Assembly (NCBI GenBank): GCA_016933155.1
Contig: JAFGBM010000014.1
Coordinates: 31,776-95,775, forward strand
From: Demequinaceae bacterium
GTDB taxonomy: Bacteria > Actinomycetota > Actinomycetes > Actinomycetales > Demequinaceae
Direction: 5' to 3'
Length of the DNA stretch: 64,000 nt
The notes under the pieces are model-generated. The model searched no databases and had not been told where the DNA came from. It was given only the letters and a program-made list of their open reading frames with translations. Made by a program: the position numbers and the translations under genes. Shown here piece after piece: positions 20,154 through 31,794 of the stretch (within the stretch, counting starts at the first letter, position 1; every line of letters begins with the position of its first letter).

Positions 20154-21272
20154 ATGGCCCTTTTTCCCGAGGCCCTTCCGGCCTTCCCATGGGACTCCCT
20201 CGAGCCATATCGTGCTCGGGCGGCCGCCCACCCGGACGGAGCGATTGTCCTGGCCGTCGGGACCCCTGTCGATCCGACGCCACCGATCGTCCGAGAGGCC
20301 CTTGCCGCAGCATCCGATGCCCCGGCCTACCCGACCACCCATGGCGCTCTCGCCCTGCGCGAAGCCGTCGTCGCATGGTTCGAGGGCAGGGGAGTGGAGG
20401 GACTCTCCCCCACCGCGGTGTTGCCGACCTTGGGATCGAAGGAGTTCATCGGAGGCCTTCCGGGCCTCCTCGGCCTGGGCTCGGGGGACGTCGTGGTGCA
20501 GCCTCGCATCGCCTACCCCACCTACGGGGTCGGGGCGACGCTCACAGGGGCGACGATCCTCGCCACGGACGATGTCGGCGCCTGGGACAAGCGCGGGGAT
20601 GTGCGCCTGGTGTGGGTGAATTCCCCGTCGAATCCCACGGGTGAGGTCCTCGGCCGAAAGGCCCTGGCCGAGGTGGTCGAGGCAGCCCGGGGCATAGGCG
20701 CCATCGTGGCATCGGACGAGTGTTACGCGGAGTTCCCTTGGGAAGAGCCGTGGGCGGGCGAAGGCGTTCCGTCGGTGTTGGACAAGGCGGTGTGCGGGGG
20801 AAGCCACGAAGGGCTATTGGCCCTGTCCTCGCTGTCGAAGAGGTCGAACCTAGCGGGGTATAGGGCCGCATTCGCAGCGGGGGACCCGGGACTCCTCGCG
20901 AGTCTCCTCACAACCCGGAAACACCTCGGCATGATGATGCCCGCACCGATTCAGAAGGCCGCGACGGCCGCCCTGGGCGACCATGCCCACGTTGAGGTTC
21001 AGCGTGAGGCATACGGGAGGAGGCGGGCGGTCCTGAGGCAAGCGCTCGCATCGGCGGGCTTCTCCATCGACCATTCCGAGGCCGGGCTCTATCTGTGGGC
21101 GACCCGGGGCGAGGGGTGTTGGGACACGGTCGAGTGGTTCGCCGAGAGGGGGATCGTCGTGGCTCCCGGGGACCTCTACGGGGCCGATGGGGCGCATCAT
21201 GTGCGCATCGCCTTGACCGCGACCGATGCCCGCATCGAGGCCGCGGCCAGCCGCCTCGCCGACCCCCGCTAG
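20154..21272 (+). CDS. dapC: Succinyldiaminopimelate transaminase
   Basis: GTPVDP, GSKE, NSPSNPTG, SDECY, SLSKRSNLAGYR; follows fdxA. Confidence 0.92.
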   Translation: MALFPEALPAFPWDSLEPYRARAAAHPDGAIVLAVGTPVDPTPPIVREALAAASDAPAYPTTHGALALREAVVAWFEGRGVEGLSPTAVLPTLGSKEFIGGLPGLLGLGSGDVVVQPRIAYPTYGVGATLTGATILATDDVGAWDKRGDVRLVWVNSPSNPTGEVLGRKALAEVVEAARGIGAIVASDECYAEFPWEEPWAGEGVPSVLDKAVCGGSHEGLLALSSLSKRSNLAGYRAAFAAGDPGLLASLLTTRKHLGMMMPAPIQKAATAALGDHAHVEVQREAYGRRRAVLRQALASAGFSIDHSEAGLYLWATRGEGCWDTVEWFAERGIVVAPGDLYGADGAHHVRIALTATDARIEAAASRLADPR

Positions 21273-21314
21273 ACTGTCGAGCAGGCGGGGATCACCAAAT
21301 CTTGGGAGCGGAAG

Positions 21315-22610
21315 ATGGGAAAAGCAGTGGATGCGCGGCTGATCGTCGACGGCACCGAGGTCCCGGTGTCATTCGTCGAGGCACGCTTGGGCAACGACGG
21401 CCTGTCGATGGAGACGCTGCTTAAGAAGACCGGATTGGTGAACGTCGACCCCGGATTCATGAACACCGCGTCCTGCACATCGGCCATCACCTTCATCGAC
21501 GGCGATGAGGGCATCCTCATGTATCGGGGCTACCCCATCGAGGAGTTGGCCGCCCGCTCGACCTTCCTCGAGACGGCCCATCTCCTCATCTACGGTGAGT
21601 TGCCGACCAGGGACCTGCTGAACTCCCTCGAGAACAGGGTCGCCCGCCACATCCAGGTCCATGACGGGATCAAGGCCTTCCTCAACGCCTTCCCCAGGGA
21701 CGCCCACCCCATGTCCGTTCTGTCGGGGGCGGTGTCCGCGCTCGGGGCCTTCTACCCCGAGAGCATCGGCCACGAAGAGAACGAAATCGAATTGGCCACG
21801 GTCCTCCTCCTGGCCAAGACGGCGACGGTCATCGCCTATCTTCAACGACGGGCGATGGGGCTAGACCTGATCGAGCCGAAGAAGGGGGGCACCGACTATG
21901 TCGAGGAGTTCCTCCGTTTGACCTTCGCAGACTCGGACGGACACTGCGACCTCGACCCCGCTGTCCGCCAGGCGATGGACCTCCTCCTCGTCCTCCACGC
22001 CGATCACGAGCAGAACTGCTCGACCTCCACGGTCCGCATGGTCGGCTCGTCTCAGGCGAGCATCTATGCGTCCATCGCGGCGGGGGTCGGCGCCCTCTCT
22101 GGGCCCCTCCACGGGGGGGCGAACGAGGCGACCTTGCGGATGTTCGATGACATCATCGCCTCCGGGGACACGATCGAGCGATTTGTCGAGAAGGTGAAGA
22201 GCAAGTCCGACGGGGCACGCCTGATGGGCTTCGGTCATCGGGTGTACAAGAACTTCGATCCCCGGTGCACCGTCGTCAAACAGGCGACGGATCAGGTGCT
22301 GACCGCCCTCGGCCTCTCGAGCGAGGTCTTCGACATGGCGAAGAGGCTCGAGGAGATCGCCCTCCACGACGAGTACTTCATCGAGCGCAAACTCTACCCG
22401 AATGTCGACTTCTACTCGGGTCTCATCTACAAGGCGATGGGCTTCCCCACCCCGATGTTCACCCCCCTCTTCGCCCTCGGGCGCATCCCCGGTTGGATCG
22501 CCCACTGGCGCGAAATGGTGGGAGATCCGACGACGAAGATCGGACGACCCCGTCAGGTGTATATCGGGGAGGCTGAGCGCTCGTACGTCCCGATCGAAGA
22601 ACGCCGATAA
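21315..22610 (+). CDS. gltA: Citrate synthase
   Basis: DPGFMNTASC, HADHEQNCSTST, GPLHGGANE, GFGHRVYK, YPNVDFYSG, GRPRQ. Confidence 0.97.
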   Translation: MGKAVDARLIVDGTEVPVSFVEARLGNDGLSMETLLKKTGLVNVDPGFMNTASCTSAITFIDGDEGILMYRGYPIEELAARSTFLETAHLLIYGELPTRDLLNSLENRVARHIQVHDGIKAFLNAFPRDAHPMSVLSGAVSALGAFYPESIGHEENEIELATVLLLAKTATVIAYLQRRAMGLDLIEPKKGGTDYVEEFLRLTFADSDGHCDLDPAVRQAMDLLLVLHADHEQNCSTSTVRMVGSSQASIYASIAAGVGALSGPLHGGANEATLRMFDDIIASGDTIERFVEKVKSKSDGARLMGFGHRVYKNFDPRCTVVKQATDQVLTALGLSSEVFDMAKRLEEIALHDEYFIERKLYPNVDFYSGLIYKAMGFPTPMFTPLFALGRIPGWIAHWREMVGDPTTKIGRPRQVYIGEAERSYVPIEERR

Positions 22611-23074
22611 TGGACGAGACCCCCATCGTCCTCCGTCACCGCGACGCCCTGAATCAGGCGATGCTCTTCGGTGCCTTCGCACTCCTGCTCCTTGCTGTCC
22701 CCGCCATCGCGTTCGCAGTCGACGCTCCCCCGAAATGGTGGCTCCTCGCCCTGCTCCCCTTCGGCCTGCTCACCGGTTACGCCACTCTCCGTCTCATAAC
22801 CCTCAGGGTCGTCCTCGATGAGGATGGGGTGAACGAGCCCGCCCCCTTCAGGCCGACGGTTGTCACGCCCTGGGACGACGTGGTGCGGGTGCGCCGTACG
22901 GAGGACAAGGGCGCCATTGGGCTGAGCTTCCTCGGTGTCATGATCGAGCACAAGGGCGGATGGAAGCATCAGGTCGCCGCCCTCAACATGAACACGCGGG
23001 ACCCCCAGGCGGACAAGACCATCGAGGAGTGGCTGACGACTATTCGGGAAGCCAAGCGTCGATTCACGGCCTAG
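22610..23074 (+). CDS. Membrane protein with a bacterial PH-like domain
   Basis: Two TM, then RVVLDEDGV...TPWDDV; TAATG coupling to gltA. Confidence 0.65.
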   Translation: MDETPIVLRHRDALNQAMLFGAFALLLLAVPAIAFAVDAPPKWWLLALLPFGLLTGYATLRLITLRVVLDEDGVNEPAPFRPTVVTPWDDVVRVRRTEDKGAIGLSFLGVMIEHKGGWKHQVAALNMNTRDPQADKTIEEWLTTIREAKRRFTA

Positions 23075-23175
23075 CCCGGCCGGCTCCGTGTGATTCATCT
23101 CTCACCCATTCCCCTGGCGTGCGCCCGCGGACGGAATTACCCTGACGGAGAGGGCGCCAATCACGGGGAGGTGAT

Positions 23176-23661
23176 ATGAGACCCGACTTCCGACGCGAAT
23201 ACCAGATCGATTGGGTGCATGCCGAGGCGGAACGGCTGCGTGAATCGTTCGGTGAGGCGATCGAGGTGGAGACCCACGTCCTTGGGGGCGTCTTCACCTG
23301 CGGGGAAAGGGTCATGACCATCAGCGACCCGGGTGGACGGGGGATTGGGGGGGCGATCTGCCTGACGGACCGCTCCGAGGAGGGGAGCCTCTGGACGGCC
23401 GAGTTGTTCCCCATCCCCGAGGACGGCATGGAGCATGTTCCTCCGACGAGGAGCATCCAGACGGTGACCCTTCAGATGCGCTACAACCGGTGCGTGCATG
23501 CAACCCACAACCGCGTCATCGGAAAGACGAGCGGGGCGGACGGGGCCCCCGACTTCATGCAGGGTGTGACGAGGCTCCTGACGGGCAGCGTCTTCCTCCA
23601 GCGGCGGCACTCACTCTCGCGAGGCCAGAGGGTGGAGGCGTACGCGAAGGCTTCCGCCTAG
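23176..23661 (+). CDS. Hypothetical protein
   Basis: GGAGGTGA RBS; fills the gap and converges with the next gene; no recognised motif. Confidence 0.6.
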   Translation: MRPDFRREYQIDWVHAEAERLRESFGEAIEVETHVLGGVFTCGERVMTISDPGGRGIGGAICLTDRSEEGSLWTAELFPIPEDGMEHVPPTRSIQTVTLQMRYNRCVHATHNRVIGKTSGADGAPDFMQGVTRLLTGSVFLQRRHSLSRGQRVEAYAKASA

Positions 23662-24536
23662 CCGACTGCGAGGACGACCAGGATCTCATCCGGCAGGCAG
23701 GCCGGTGATCTGTAGGCATTGAGGATCGATTCCGGGTTCCCATCGTCGCGGATCCAGTCGGATCCGCACCATCCCACCCCCTCGATGGACTGGGTGGACG
23801 CCACCGCGATGGTCCACACCATGACCGCGTCCCTGAGTGAGGGGTCGATGCCGAGCGTCACCCCGACGTGTCCATCGGACGTGACGCCCGCCTGGACCTC
23901 GACCAGGGATCCGAAATCGACGCCCAGACGTTCCCGCAGGGCCTCGACCGCGGTGGAGGAAGGCTCGACGTCGCCCAGCGAGCACGACACCGCGGCGGTC
24001 CCGGCCTGGCCGGACAAGGCCGTCGCCCAGATCTCAGCCCTCGCCTCGTGTCGGGCGTAGGCATCGGGAAAGCCCGAACGTTGCACGGCTTGGGCGGCCT
24101 GCGTCACGCTCATCGATTCCCAACCCTCGACTCTGAGCAGGGCATCGTAGAAGGCGTTGGCCGCGTACTCGGGATTCAGGATCTGCTCGGGTGTCCCCCA
24201 TCCCTGGGAGGGCCGCTGCTGGAAGAGACCGAGGGAGTCTCGATCCCCGAGCTCGAGATTGCGGAGATCGGACTCCTGCAGAGCGGTGGCGAGGGCGATG
24301 GTCTTCGCGCGTTCGGGAAGGCCTCGGCTTGTCCCTATCGCGACGATCAACGCGGCATTGTCGGCCTGTTCCGCCGTCAGACTGCTCGATTCTCCGTCGA
24401 CGGTAGCGGTGCAGGACTCCGTGGAGAAGAGCCGGTCTCCGTACCGGTGCCACAGGTCCGGGCCCCAGGCGAGGCCCGCGCCAACGGCGGCGAGGACGGC
24501 AACGGCCGCGGCCGCCCATCGGATGCGGCGAGCCAT
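23658..24536 (-). CDS. Membrane-anchored protein with a lysozyme/transglycosylase-like domain
   Basis: N-terminal TM; IALATALQES, DRDSLGLFQQRPSQGWG, AAQAVQRSGFPDAY; coupled to dapD. Confidence 0.7.
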   Translation of the reverse strand: MARRIRWAAAAVAVLAAVGAGLAWGPDLWHRYGDRLFSTESCTATVDGESSSLTAEQADNAALIVAIGTSRGLPERAKTIALATALQESDLRNLELGDRDSLGLFQQRPSQGWGTPEQILNPEYAANAFYDALLRVEGWESMSVTQAAQAVQRSGFPDAYARHEARAEIWATALSGQAGTAAVSCSLGDVEPSSTAVEALRERLGVDFGSLVEVQAGVTSDGHVGVTLGIDPSLRDAVMVWTIAVASTQSIEGVGWCGSDWIRDDGNPESILNAYRSPACLPDEILVVLAVG

Positions 24537-25480
24537 CAGTTCCCGTGGAGGGGTGCGTTCAGGGTGACGCCGGGACCCTCACGATGAACTGCCTCGATGG
24601 CTCCCGTGAGGGAGTTCCTCCGGAAGAGCACTCCATCGCATCCCGAGAGTTCGCGCGCCTTGACGACCCTGGGCTTGCCGTCGTCATCGAGATCGTTGAG
24701 GACGAGGACCTTGGAGCCAGCCGTGAGGTAAAGGCCGGACTCGACGATGCAGTCGTCCCCGAGCGCGATACCGAGACCGGCATTCGCACCCAGCAGCGAT
24801 CGACGACCGAGGGCAACCCTTTCCTTCCCGCCGCCCGAGAGTGTCCCCATCGTCGAGGCCCCACCGCCGACGTCGGAGCCGTCGCCCACGACGACCCCCT
24901 GGGCCAACCGGCCTTCGATCATGCTGACGCCGAGCGTCCCCGCGTTGAAGTTGATGAAGCCTTCGTGCATGACCGTGGTTCCCTCGGCGAGATGAGCCCC
25001 GAGGCGCACCCGGTCCGCATCGGCGATCCTGACACCTGGGGGCACGATGTAGTCCACCATCCGAGGGAACTTGTCGATCCCATGGATGAAAAGGTGGAGG
25101 CCCGCAGCCCGGAAGCGGGCGCGGGTGTCCTCGATCGTGGCGAGAGAGGCCGGTCCGTGTCCCGTCCACACGACGTTCGGGAGGATGGCGTACAGGCCGT
25201 CGAGGTTGATCCCGTTGGGCTGGATGAGGCGATGGCTGAGGAGGTGGAGCCGAAGGTAGGCGTCGGGGACCGTCGCGGGGGGCGCGTCGCAATCGATTGC
25301 CGTCGAGACGGCCTCGATATCGACCGACCGCAACTCATCGTGTCGTTCGGCGGCCTTCAGGTCGGCCGGAATCGAATCGGAAGGGGGTTGGCCAAGGCCG
25401 GGGGAGGGGTACCAGGTGTCCAGGACGGCGCCATCTGCCGCGATGGTGGCCAGGCCGTATCCGTGGGCGGAATGATTCAT
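24536..25480 (-). CDS. dapD: Tetrahydrodipicolinate N-succinyltransferase
   Basis: [48 protein letters not shown]. Confidence 0.96.
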   Translation of the reverse strand: MNHSAHGYGLATIAADGAVLDTWYPSPGLGQPPSDSIPADLKAAERHDELRSVDIEAVSTAIDCDAPPATVPDAYLRLHLLSHRLIQPNGINLDGLYAILPNVVWTGHGPASLATIEDTRARFRAAGLHLFIHGIDKFPRMVDYIVPPGVRIADADRVRLGAHLAEGTTVMHEGFINFNAGTLGVSMIEGRLAQGVVVGDGSDVGGGASTMGTLSGGGKERVALGRRSLLGANAGLGIALGDDCIVESGLYLTAGSKVLVLNDLDDDGKPRVVKARELSGCDGVLFRRNSLTGAIEAVHREGPGVTLNAPLHGN

Positions 25481-25533
25481 GCCTCAAGCCTACGGTTTCA
25501 CGCGACGAGACCGGGACCGCGTAACCTTGGAGG

Positions 25534-25986
25534 ATGAGTGACTTCCTCGAGCGTGACGAGAACTACGAGCCCGCAGTGTTGCCGTCCCCGGGGGAGCTCC
25601 TTCACTGGGAGGCGCTGCATTCGCCGCCGCCCGTCGACACCGGCCCGGTCGGCTTCCCCGAGGCCAAGGCGCCCGTCCTGGGTGCCGACGGAGCTCCGGT
25701 CGAGCCCGAACTCACACGCTTCCTTCCTCGCGCTCGGCCCGGCCGCTACGTCATCGCGGCGGCGGTGACGGCTGGAGTCTTCGTCGGGATCGCGTTCGTG
25801 GTCGCCCTGACGGCGAACGCGACGGATGCGAAGGGAATCGCAGCCTATTTCGCCATCATCGGCGCCGTCGCGGCCGGGTTCACCACGGTCCTGTGGGTGT
25901 GGAGATGGGCAGGACGCCGACGCAGCGGCATCCCGCTCAAACGGTCGAATCCGGCCGAAGCCCCAGGGGGGAGTCCGGCTGAATGA
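25534..25986 (+). CDS. Hypothetical membrane protein (Pro-rich N-terminus, 2 TM)
   Basis: TAACCT-N6-ATG start context; two hydrophobic helices. Confidence 0.65.
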   Translation: MSDFLERDENYEPAVLPSPGELLHWEALHSPPPVDTGPVGFPEAKAPVLGADGAPVEPELTRFLPRARPGRYVIAAAVTAGVFVGIAFVVALTANATDAKGIAAYFAIIGAVAAGFTTVLWVWRWAGRRRSGIPLKRSNPAEAPGGSPAE

Positions 25987-26360
25987 CGGAGTGGTGGCAG
26001 CAGGGCGACGATGACAAACCCGTTCCCGTCCCGCGTCGGGATCAGGTCCCAGAGGCCCATTTCTCCGATCTCACACCGGAGTCGACCTCCTTCGGGCCGG
26101 TTTCACTCATCCCGGAATGGCGGGCCAGACGACGGGTGATCGCCCTTGCGGTGACCGTCTCAGGCCTGGGTGTCATCGTCTGGTTGGCCATCGAGATCGT
26201 CCAACTGATGTCGGTGAGTTGTCCCACGGCACGAGCTGCCGGAATGCCCTACGCCATCATCGAGACCGCCTGCCTCCTGATTGCGGCTGTGGTGGTGGTG
26301 AAGACATGGCAGTGGGCAAACGAGCGGGATCCCATGGACTTCCGGGTGGACGGCCCCTGA
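25983..26360 (+). CDS. Hypothetical membrane protein (2 TM)
   Basis: ATGA overlap with the upstream gene; two hydrophobic helices. Confidence 0.65.
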   Translation: MTEWWQQGDDDKPVPVPRRDQVPEAHFSDLTPESTSFGPVSLIPEWRARRRVIALAVTVSGLGVIVWLAIEIVQLMSVSCPTARAAGMPYAIIETACLLIAAVVVVKTWQWANERDPMDFRVDGP

Positions 26361-26394
26361 ACCCGACGACGACGCCGATGACTAGGCTGGTGCC

Positions 26395-27480
26395 ATGGCC
26401 CTTGATCTGAACCAGCCCCTCGGCGACCTCACGCGATCCATCCTCGAGGTGGAATCCGTCAGCGGGAACGAAGGGCCCCTGGCGGACATGGTCGAGAAGG
26501 CCCTTCGGGCGTTGCCTCATCTCGAGGTCATCCGCGACGGGGACGCGATCATCGCCCGTACCCGCCTCGGCCGGGACGAGAGGGTGGCGATCGCCGGCCA
26601 CCTCGACACGGTGCCGCTCGCCGGCGGTCTCAACGTTCGAATCGACGGCGACACCCTGTGGGGGCGGGGCTCTGTCGACATGAAGGGCGGGGTAGCCGTC
26701 ATCCTGTCGCTCGCTGCGTCGATCATCGAACCCAGCCGCGACGTGACCTGGATCCTGTACGACCACGAGGAGGTCGAGGACGAACTCAACGGTTTGGGAC
26801 GCATCTCGAGGAACCGCCCCGACCTCCTCGAGGTGGACTTCGCTGTCCTCGCGGAGCCGACGGCGGGTCGCATCGAGGGCGGGTGCAACGGGACCCTCCG
26901 ATTCAAGGTTCGGGTGCCTGGCAAGGCCGCCCATTCCGCTCGGGCCTGGAAGGGCGTGAACGCGATCCACGAATCCGCCCCCGTGCTCGAGGTCCTCGCG
27001 CGGTACGTTCCCCAGACGGTCACGGTCGACGGACTGGACTACCGGGAAGGCCTGAACGCTGTGGCCGTAGAGGCAGGGCTGGCGGGAAACATCATCCCCG
27101 ACCGGTGCACCATCACCGTCAACTACCGCTATGCTCCGGACAAGACAGGCGAGCAGGCCATCGCCCACGTGCACGAGGTGCTCGGCGGATCCGGAGTTTC
27201 GGGTCTCGATGTCTCCGTCGTCGATCACGGGGTCTCCTGCCGCCCCGGCCTCGACTTGCCCGTCGCCCAGAACTTCGTCGACGCCCTCGTCGAGACGGGG
27301 GCCGGGAAGCCTCAGGCGAAGGTCGCGTGGACGGATGTCGCCAGGTTCGGCAGCCTGGGCATCCCGGCCGTGAACTACGGCCCCGGGGACCCCAATCTGG
27401 CCCATGCGGACGACGAACGGGTCAGCATCGCGGAGATCGAGACGGTCAGGAAGGGGCTTCAGGCATGGCTAGAAAAGTGA
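26395..27480 (+). CDS. dapE: Succinyl-diaminopimelate desuccinylase
   Basis: AGHLDTVP, GSVDMKGG, YDHEEV, AAHSARAW, WTDVARF, AHADDE. Confidence 0.96.
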   Translation: MALDLNQPLGDLTRSILEVESVSGNEGPLADMVEKALRALPHLEVIRDGDAIIARTRLGRDERVAIAGHLDTVPLAGGLNVRIDGDTLWGRGSVDMKGGVAVILSLAASIIEPSRDVTWILYDHEEVEDELNGLGRISRNRPDLLEVDFAVLAEPTAGRIEGGCNGTLRFKVRVPGKAAHSARAWKGVNAIHESAPVLEVLARYVPQTVTVDGLDYREGLNAVAVEAGLAGNIIPDRCTITVNYRYAPDKTGEQAIAHVHEVLGGSGVSGLDVSVVDHGVSCRPGLDLPVAQNFVDALVETGAGKPQAKVAWTDVARFGSLGIPAVNYGPGDPNLAHADDERVSIAEIETVRKGLQAWLEK

Positions 27481-28235
27481 CGAACGGCGGGGGAGGCTAC
27501 CGCAGGGGCCCCATCCTTCTCAGGGGGAACCAGGTTCCCACGGCCAGCAGCTCGGCGGAGTTCCTGGAGACCGAGCGTTCGACGGATTGGCTGGACCTGG
27601 ACCCCTGGCGGGTCCTCAGGATCCAGAGCGACTTCGTCGAGGGCTTCGGCGCGCTCGCGGAGATCGGCCCCGCCATCTCGGTCTTCGGTTCGGCGAGGAC
27701 CCCCCGCGATTCTGAGGAATACCGGTGGGCCGAAAGCATCGGCCGTCTGCTGGTGGAGGCGGGATACGCCGTCATCACCGGCGGGGGACCGGGCACCATG
27801 GAAGCCGCGAACAAGGGGGCGACCGAGGCCGGAGGCATCTCCATCGGACTCGGGATCGAGCTTCCGGAGGAGCAGGGGGTCAACGAGTACGTCAACCTGG
27901 GCATCAACTTCAGGTACTTCTTCGCACGCAAGACCATGTTCGTGAAATACGCCCAGGGCTTCATCGTCCTGCCCGGCGGCTTCGGGACCCTCGACGAACT
28001 GTTCGAGTCCCTCACCCTCGTCCAGACCAATACGGTTCGGCATTTCCCGATCGTGCTGGTGGGCCAGGAATACTGGGGGGGCCTCATCGAGTGGCTGAAG
28101 CGCGAGGTCGCGGGGGGAGGCAAGATCCGCCCTGCCGATCTCGACCTCGTGCGGGTGACGGACGATCCGGTCGAGGCGGTCGCGATCGTGGAGCAGTACA
28201 CGAGAGAGGCGAACGCCGATTCTGAGGATGGGTAG
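27477..28235 (+). CDS. LOG/TIGR00730-family nucleotide phosphoribohydrolase
   Basis: WRVLRIQS, VFGSAR, TGGGPG, RYFFARK, PGGFGTLDE; GTG start overlaps the dapE stop. Confidence 0.92.
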   Translation: MTNGGGGYRRGPILLRGNQVPTASSSAEFLETERSTDWLDLDPWRVLRIQSDFVEGFGALAEIGPAISVFGSARTPRDSEEYRWAESIGRLLVEAGYAVITGGGPGTMEAANKGATEAGGISIGLGIELPEEQGVNEYVNLGINFRYFFARKTMFVKYAQGFIVLPGGFGTLDELFESLTLVQTNTVRHFPIVLVGQEYWGGLIEWLKREVAGGGKIRPADLDLVRVTDDPVEAVAIVEQYTREANADSEDG

Positions 28236-28287
28236 AATGTATTAGTCCCGCGCGCACTGCGCGGTCACCCAAGGAGAAGACCCGCAC

Positions 28288-28455
28288 ATGGCTGCAATGA
28301 AGCCCAGGACCGGTGACGGCCCGATGGAGGTCGTCAAGGAGGGCCGCGGTTACGTGATGCGCCTGCCGCTTGAGGGTGGCGGTCGTCTCGTCGTGGAAAT
28401 GAATGCCGACGAGGTCAAGCAGCTCGGCGATACCCTCCAGAAGGCGGTCTCGTAG
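28288..28455 (+). CDS. DUF3117-family small protein (55 aa; absent from the ORF track)
   Basis: MAAMKPRTGDGPMEVVKEGRGYVMRLPLEGGGRLVVEMNADEVKQLGDTLQKAVS; AAGGAG RBS and TAGAAT upstream. Confidence 0.92.
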   Translation: MAAMKPRTGDGPMEVVKEGRGYVMRLPLEGGGRLVVEMNADEVKQLGDTLQKAVS

Positions 28456-28460
28456 GCGTT

Positions 28461-29093
28461 TCAGAGTCTCACGGCGACGAGGAGCCCGTCCCCGGACGGC
28501 ACAAGAACCGATAACAGGTCGTCGCGCGCCTTCACGGCTTTGAGCGTTTCGCGGATCGCCGTGGTGTTGTGGTCTCGTTGAGCGGGATCGGGAACCCGAG
28601 AGTGCCACAGGGTGTTGTCGATGGCCAGCACCCCTCCGGCCCGAAGCAGCCTCACCGCATGTTCGACGTAGGCCGGGTACTCGGACTTGACGGCATCGAC
28701 GAAGACCAAGTCGTAGCCACCATCGGTGAGCCGCGGGATGATCGTCAGGGCGCCGCCGGCGATCATCCGGACGCGTTCGGATCCGACTCCCGCAGCCTTC
28801 ATCGTCTCACGGGCGATCCGGTGGTGCTCGGGCTCGATGTCAATGGTGGTGAGCACGCCGGACGGGTTCATCCCCCGGACGAGGTAGAGGGACGAGACGC
28901 CCACGCCCGTTCCGATCTCGACGATGGAGCGGGCATCGAGGATCCGGGCGAGGACGGTTAGGAGCGCACCCGAACCAGGGAGGACGGGGGTGCATCCGTA
29001 CTCCGCAGCGGCATCCCGCGCGTCCAGGAGGATATCGTCCTCGGGCACGAAGCCCTCACAGTACGTCCAGTTCGCGAGTGCCTCGCTCGTCAT
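28461..29093 (-). CDS. SAM-dependent O-methyltransferase (Methyltransf_3)
   Basis: VEIGTGVGVS, TTIDIEPEH, YDLVFVDA, DNTLW; divergent from sigE as is usual. Confidence 0.9.
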   Translation of the reverse strand: MTSEALANWTYCEGFVPEDDILLDARDAAAEYGCTPVLPGSGALLTVLARILDARSIVEIGTGVGVSSLYLVRGMNPSGVLTTIDIEPEHHRIARETMKAAGVGSERVRMIAGGALTIIPRLTDGGYDLVFVDAVKSEYPAYVEHAVRLLRAGGVLAIDNTLWHSRVPDPAQRDHNTTAIRETLKAVKARDDLLSVLVPSGDGLLVAVRL

Positions 29094-29167
29094 CGTCCTC
29101 CTTGCGCCCCACCATCGTATCGATCCAGCCCCAAGCGTGGGCGTGATGCGTCCGGATCCAGGTCGTG

Positions 29168-29193
29168 GGAACATTGTCGTGTCCGAACTCGTT
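29168..29193 (+). promoter_or_regulatory. SigH/SigE-type ECF promoter upstream of sigE
   Basis: GGAAC-N17-CGTT. Confidence 0.65.
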
Positions 29194-29215
29194 TGGGAGA
29201 TGTGGAGGAGACGCG

Positions 29216-29808
29216 ATGACGTACGTCCCTGCTCCTTCGCATGCGCCCGAGACCCTCGTCGCTCCCTCCGTCACCGATTTGTCGTGGGAGGGAATCGTCC
29301 GCGACCACTCCACCAGGGTTTATCGGCTCGCCCTCCACCTGACGGGAAATCCCCACGACGCCGAGGACCTGACCCAGGATGTGTTCGTCCGCGTCTTCAA
29401 TTCCCTGTCCAGTTACCAGCCGGGCACTTTTGAGGGGTGGCTTCACCGCATCACGACCAACCTCTTCCTCGATCGGGTGCGGAGACGCAAGAGGATCCGA
29501 TTCGATTGGATGGGTGACGAGGACGGCACGATCGCCACCTCGGATAGTTTTGACCGTCACGAACGGAGCGGCCAACCGGAAGACGCCTTCGACATGGTCA
29601 ACCTCGATGCCGATATCATCGAGGCCCTCGCGGCCCTTCCTCCCGAGTATCGGGTGGCCGTCGTCCTGTCGGACATCGAGGGACTCTCGTATGAGGAGAT
29701 CGCGGCCACCCTGGGCATCAAACTCGGCACCGTGCGCTCCAGGCTGTCTCGCGCTCGTGCCCGCCTCCGGGAGGCCCTCGCCCATCGTGCCCCTACAACG
29801 GACTCGGC

Positions 29809-29815
<7 letters not shown>
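29216..29815 (+). CDS. sigE: ECF sigma factor SigE
   Basis: [52 protein letters not shown]. Confidence 0.92.
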
Positions 29816-31714
<1,899 letters not shown>

Positions 31715-31794
31715 CCATGGGAGACGTTCTCGCCCGGGGTCGTTCCGCCGAGAGGGGGGATGCGCTTGCGGCGTGGAAACCGTACCGTCGGACT

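Noticed and set aside
23658..24536. Conjugative-element hydrolase or metal transporter
   Set aside because: No ICE genes nearby and only one TM; it sits in the core dap cluster.
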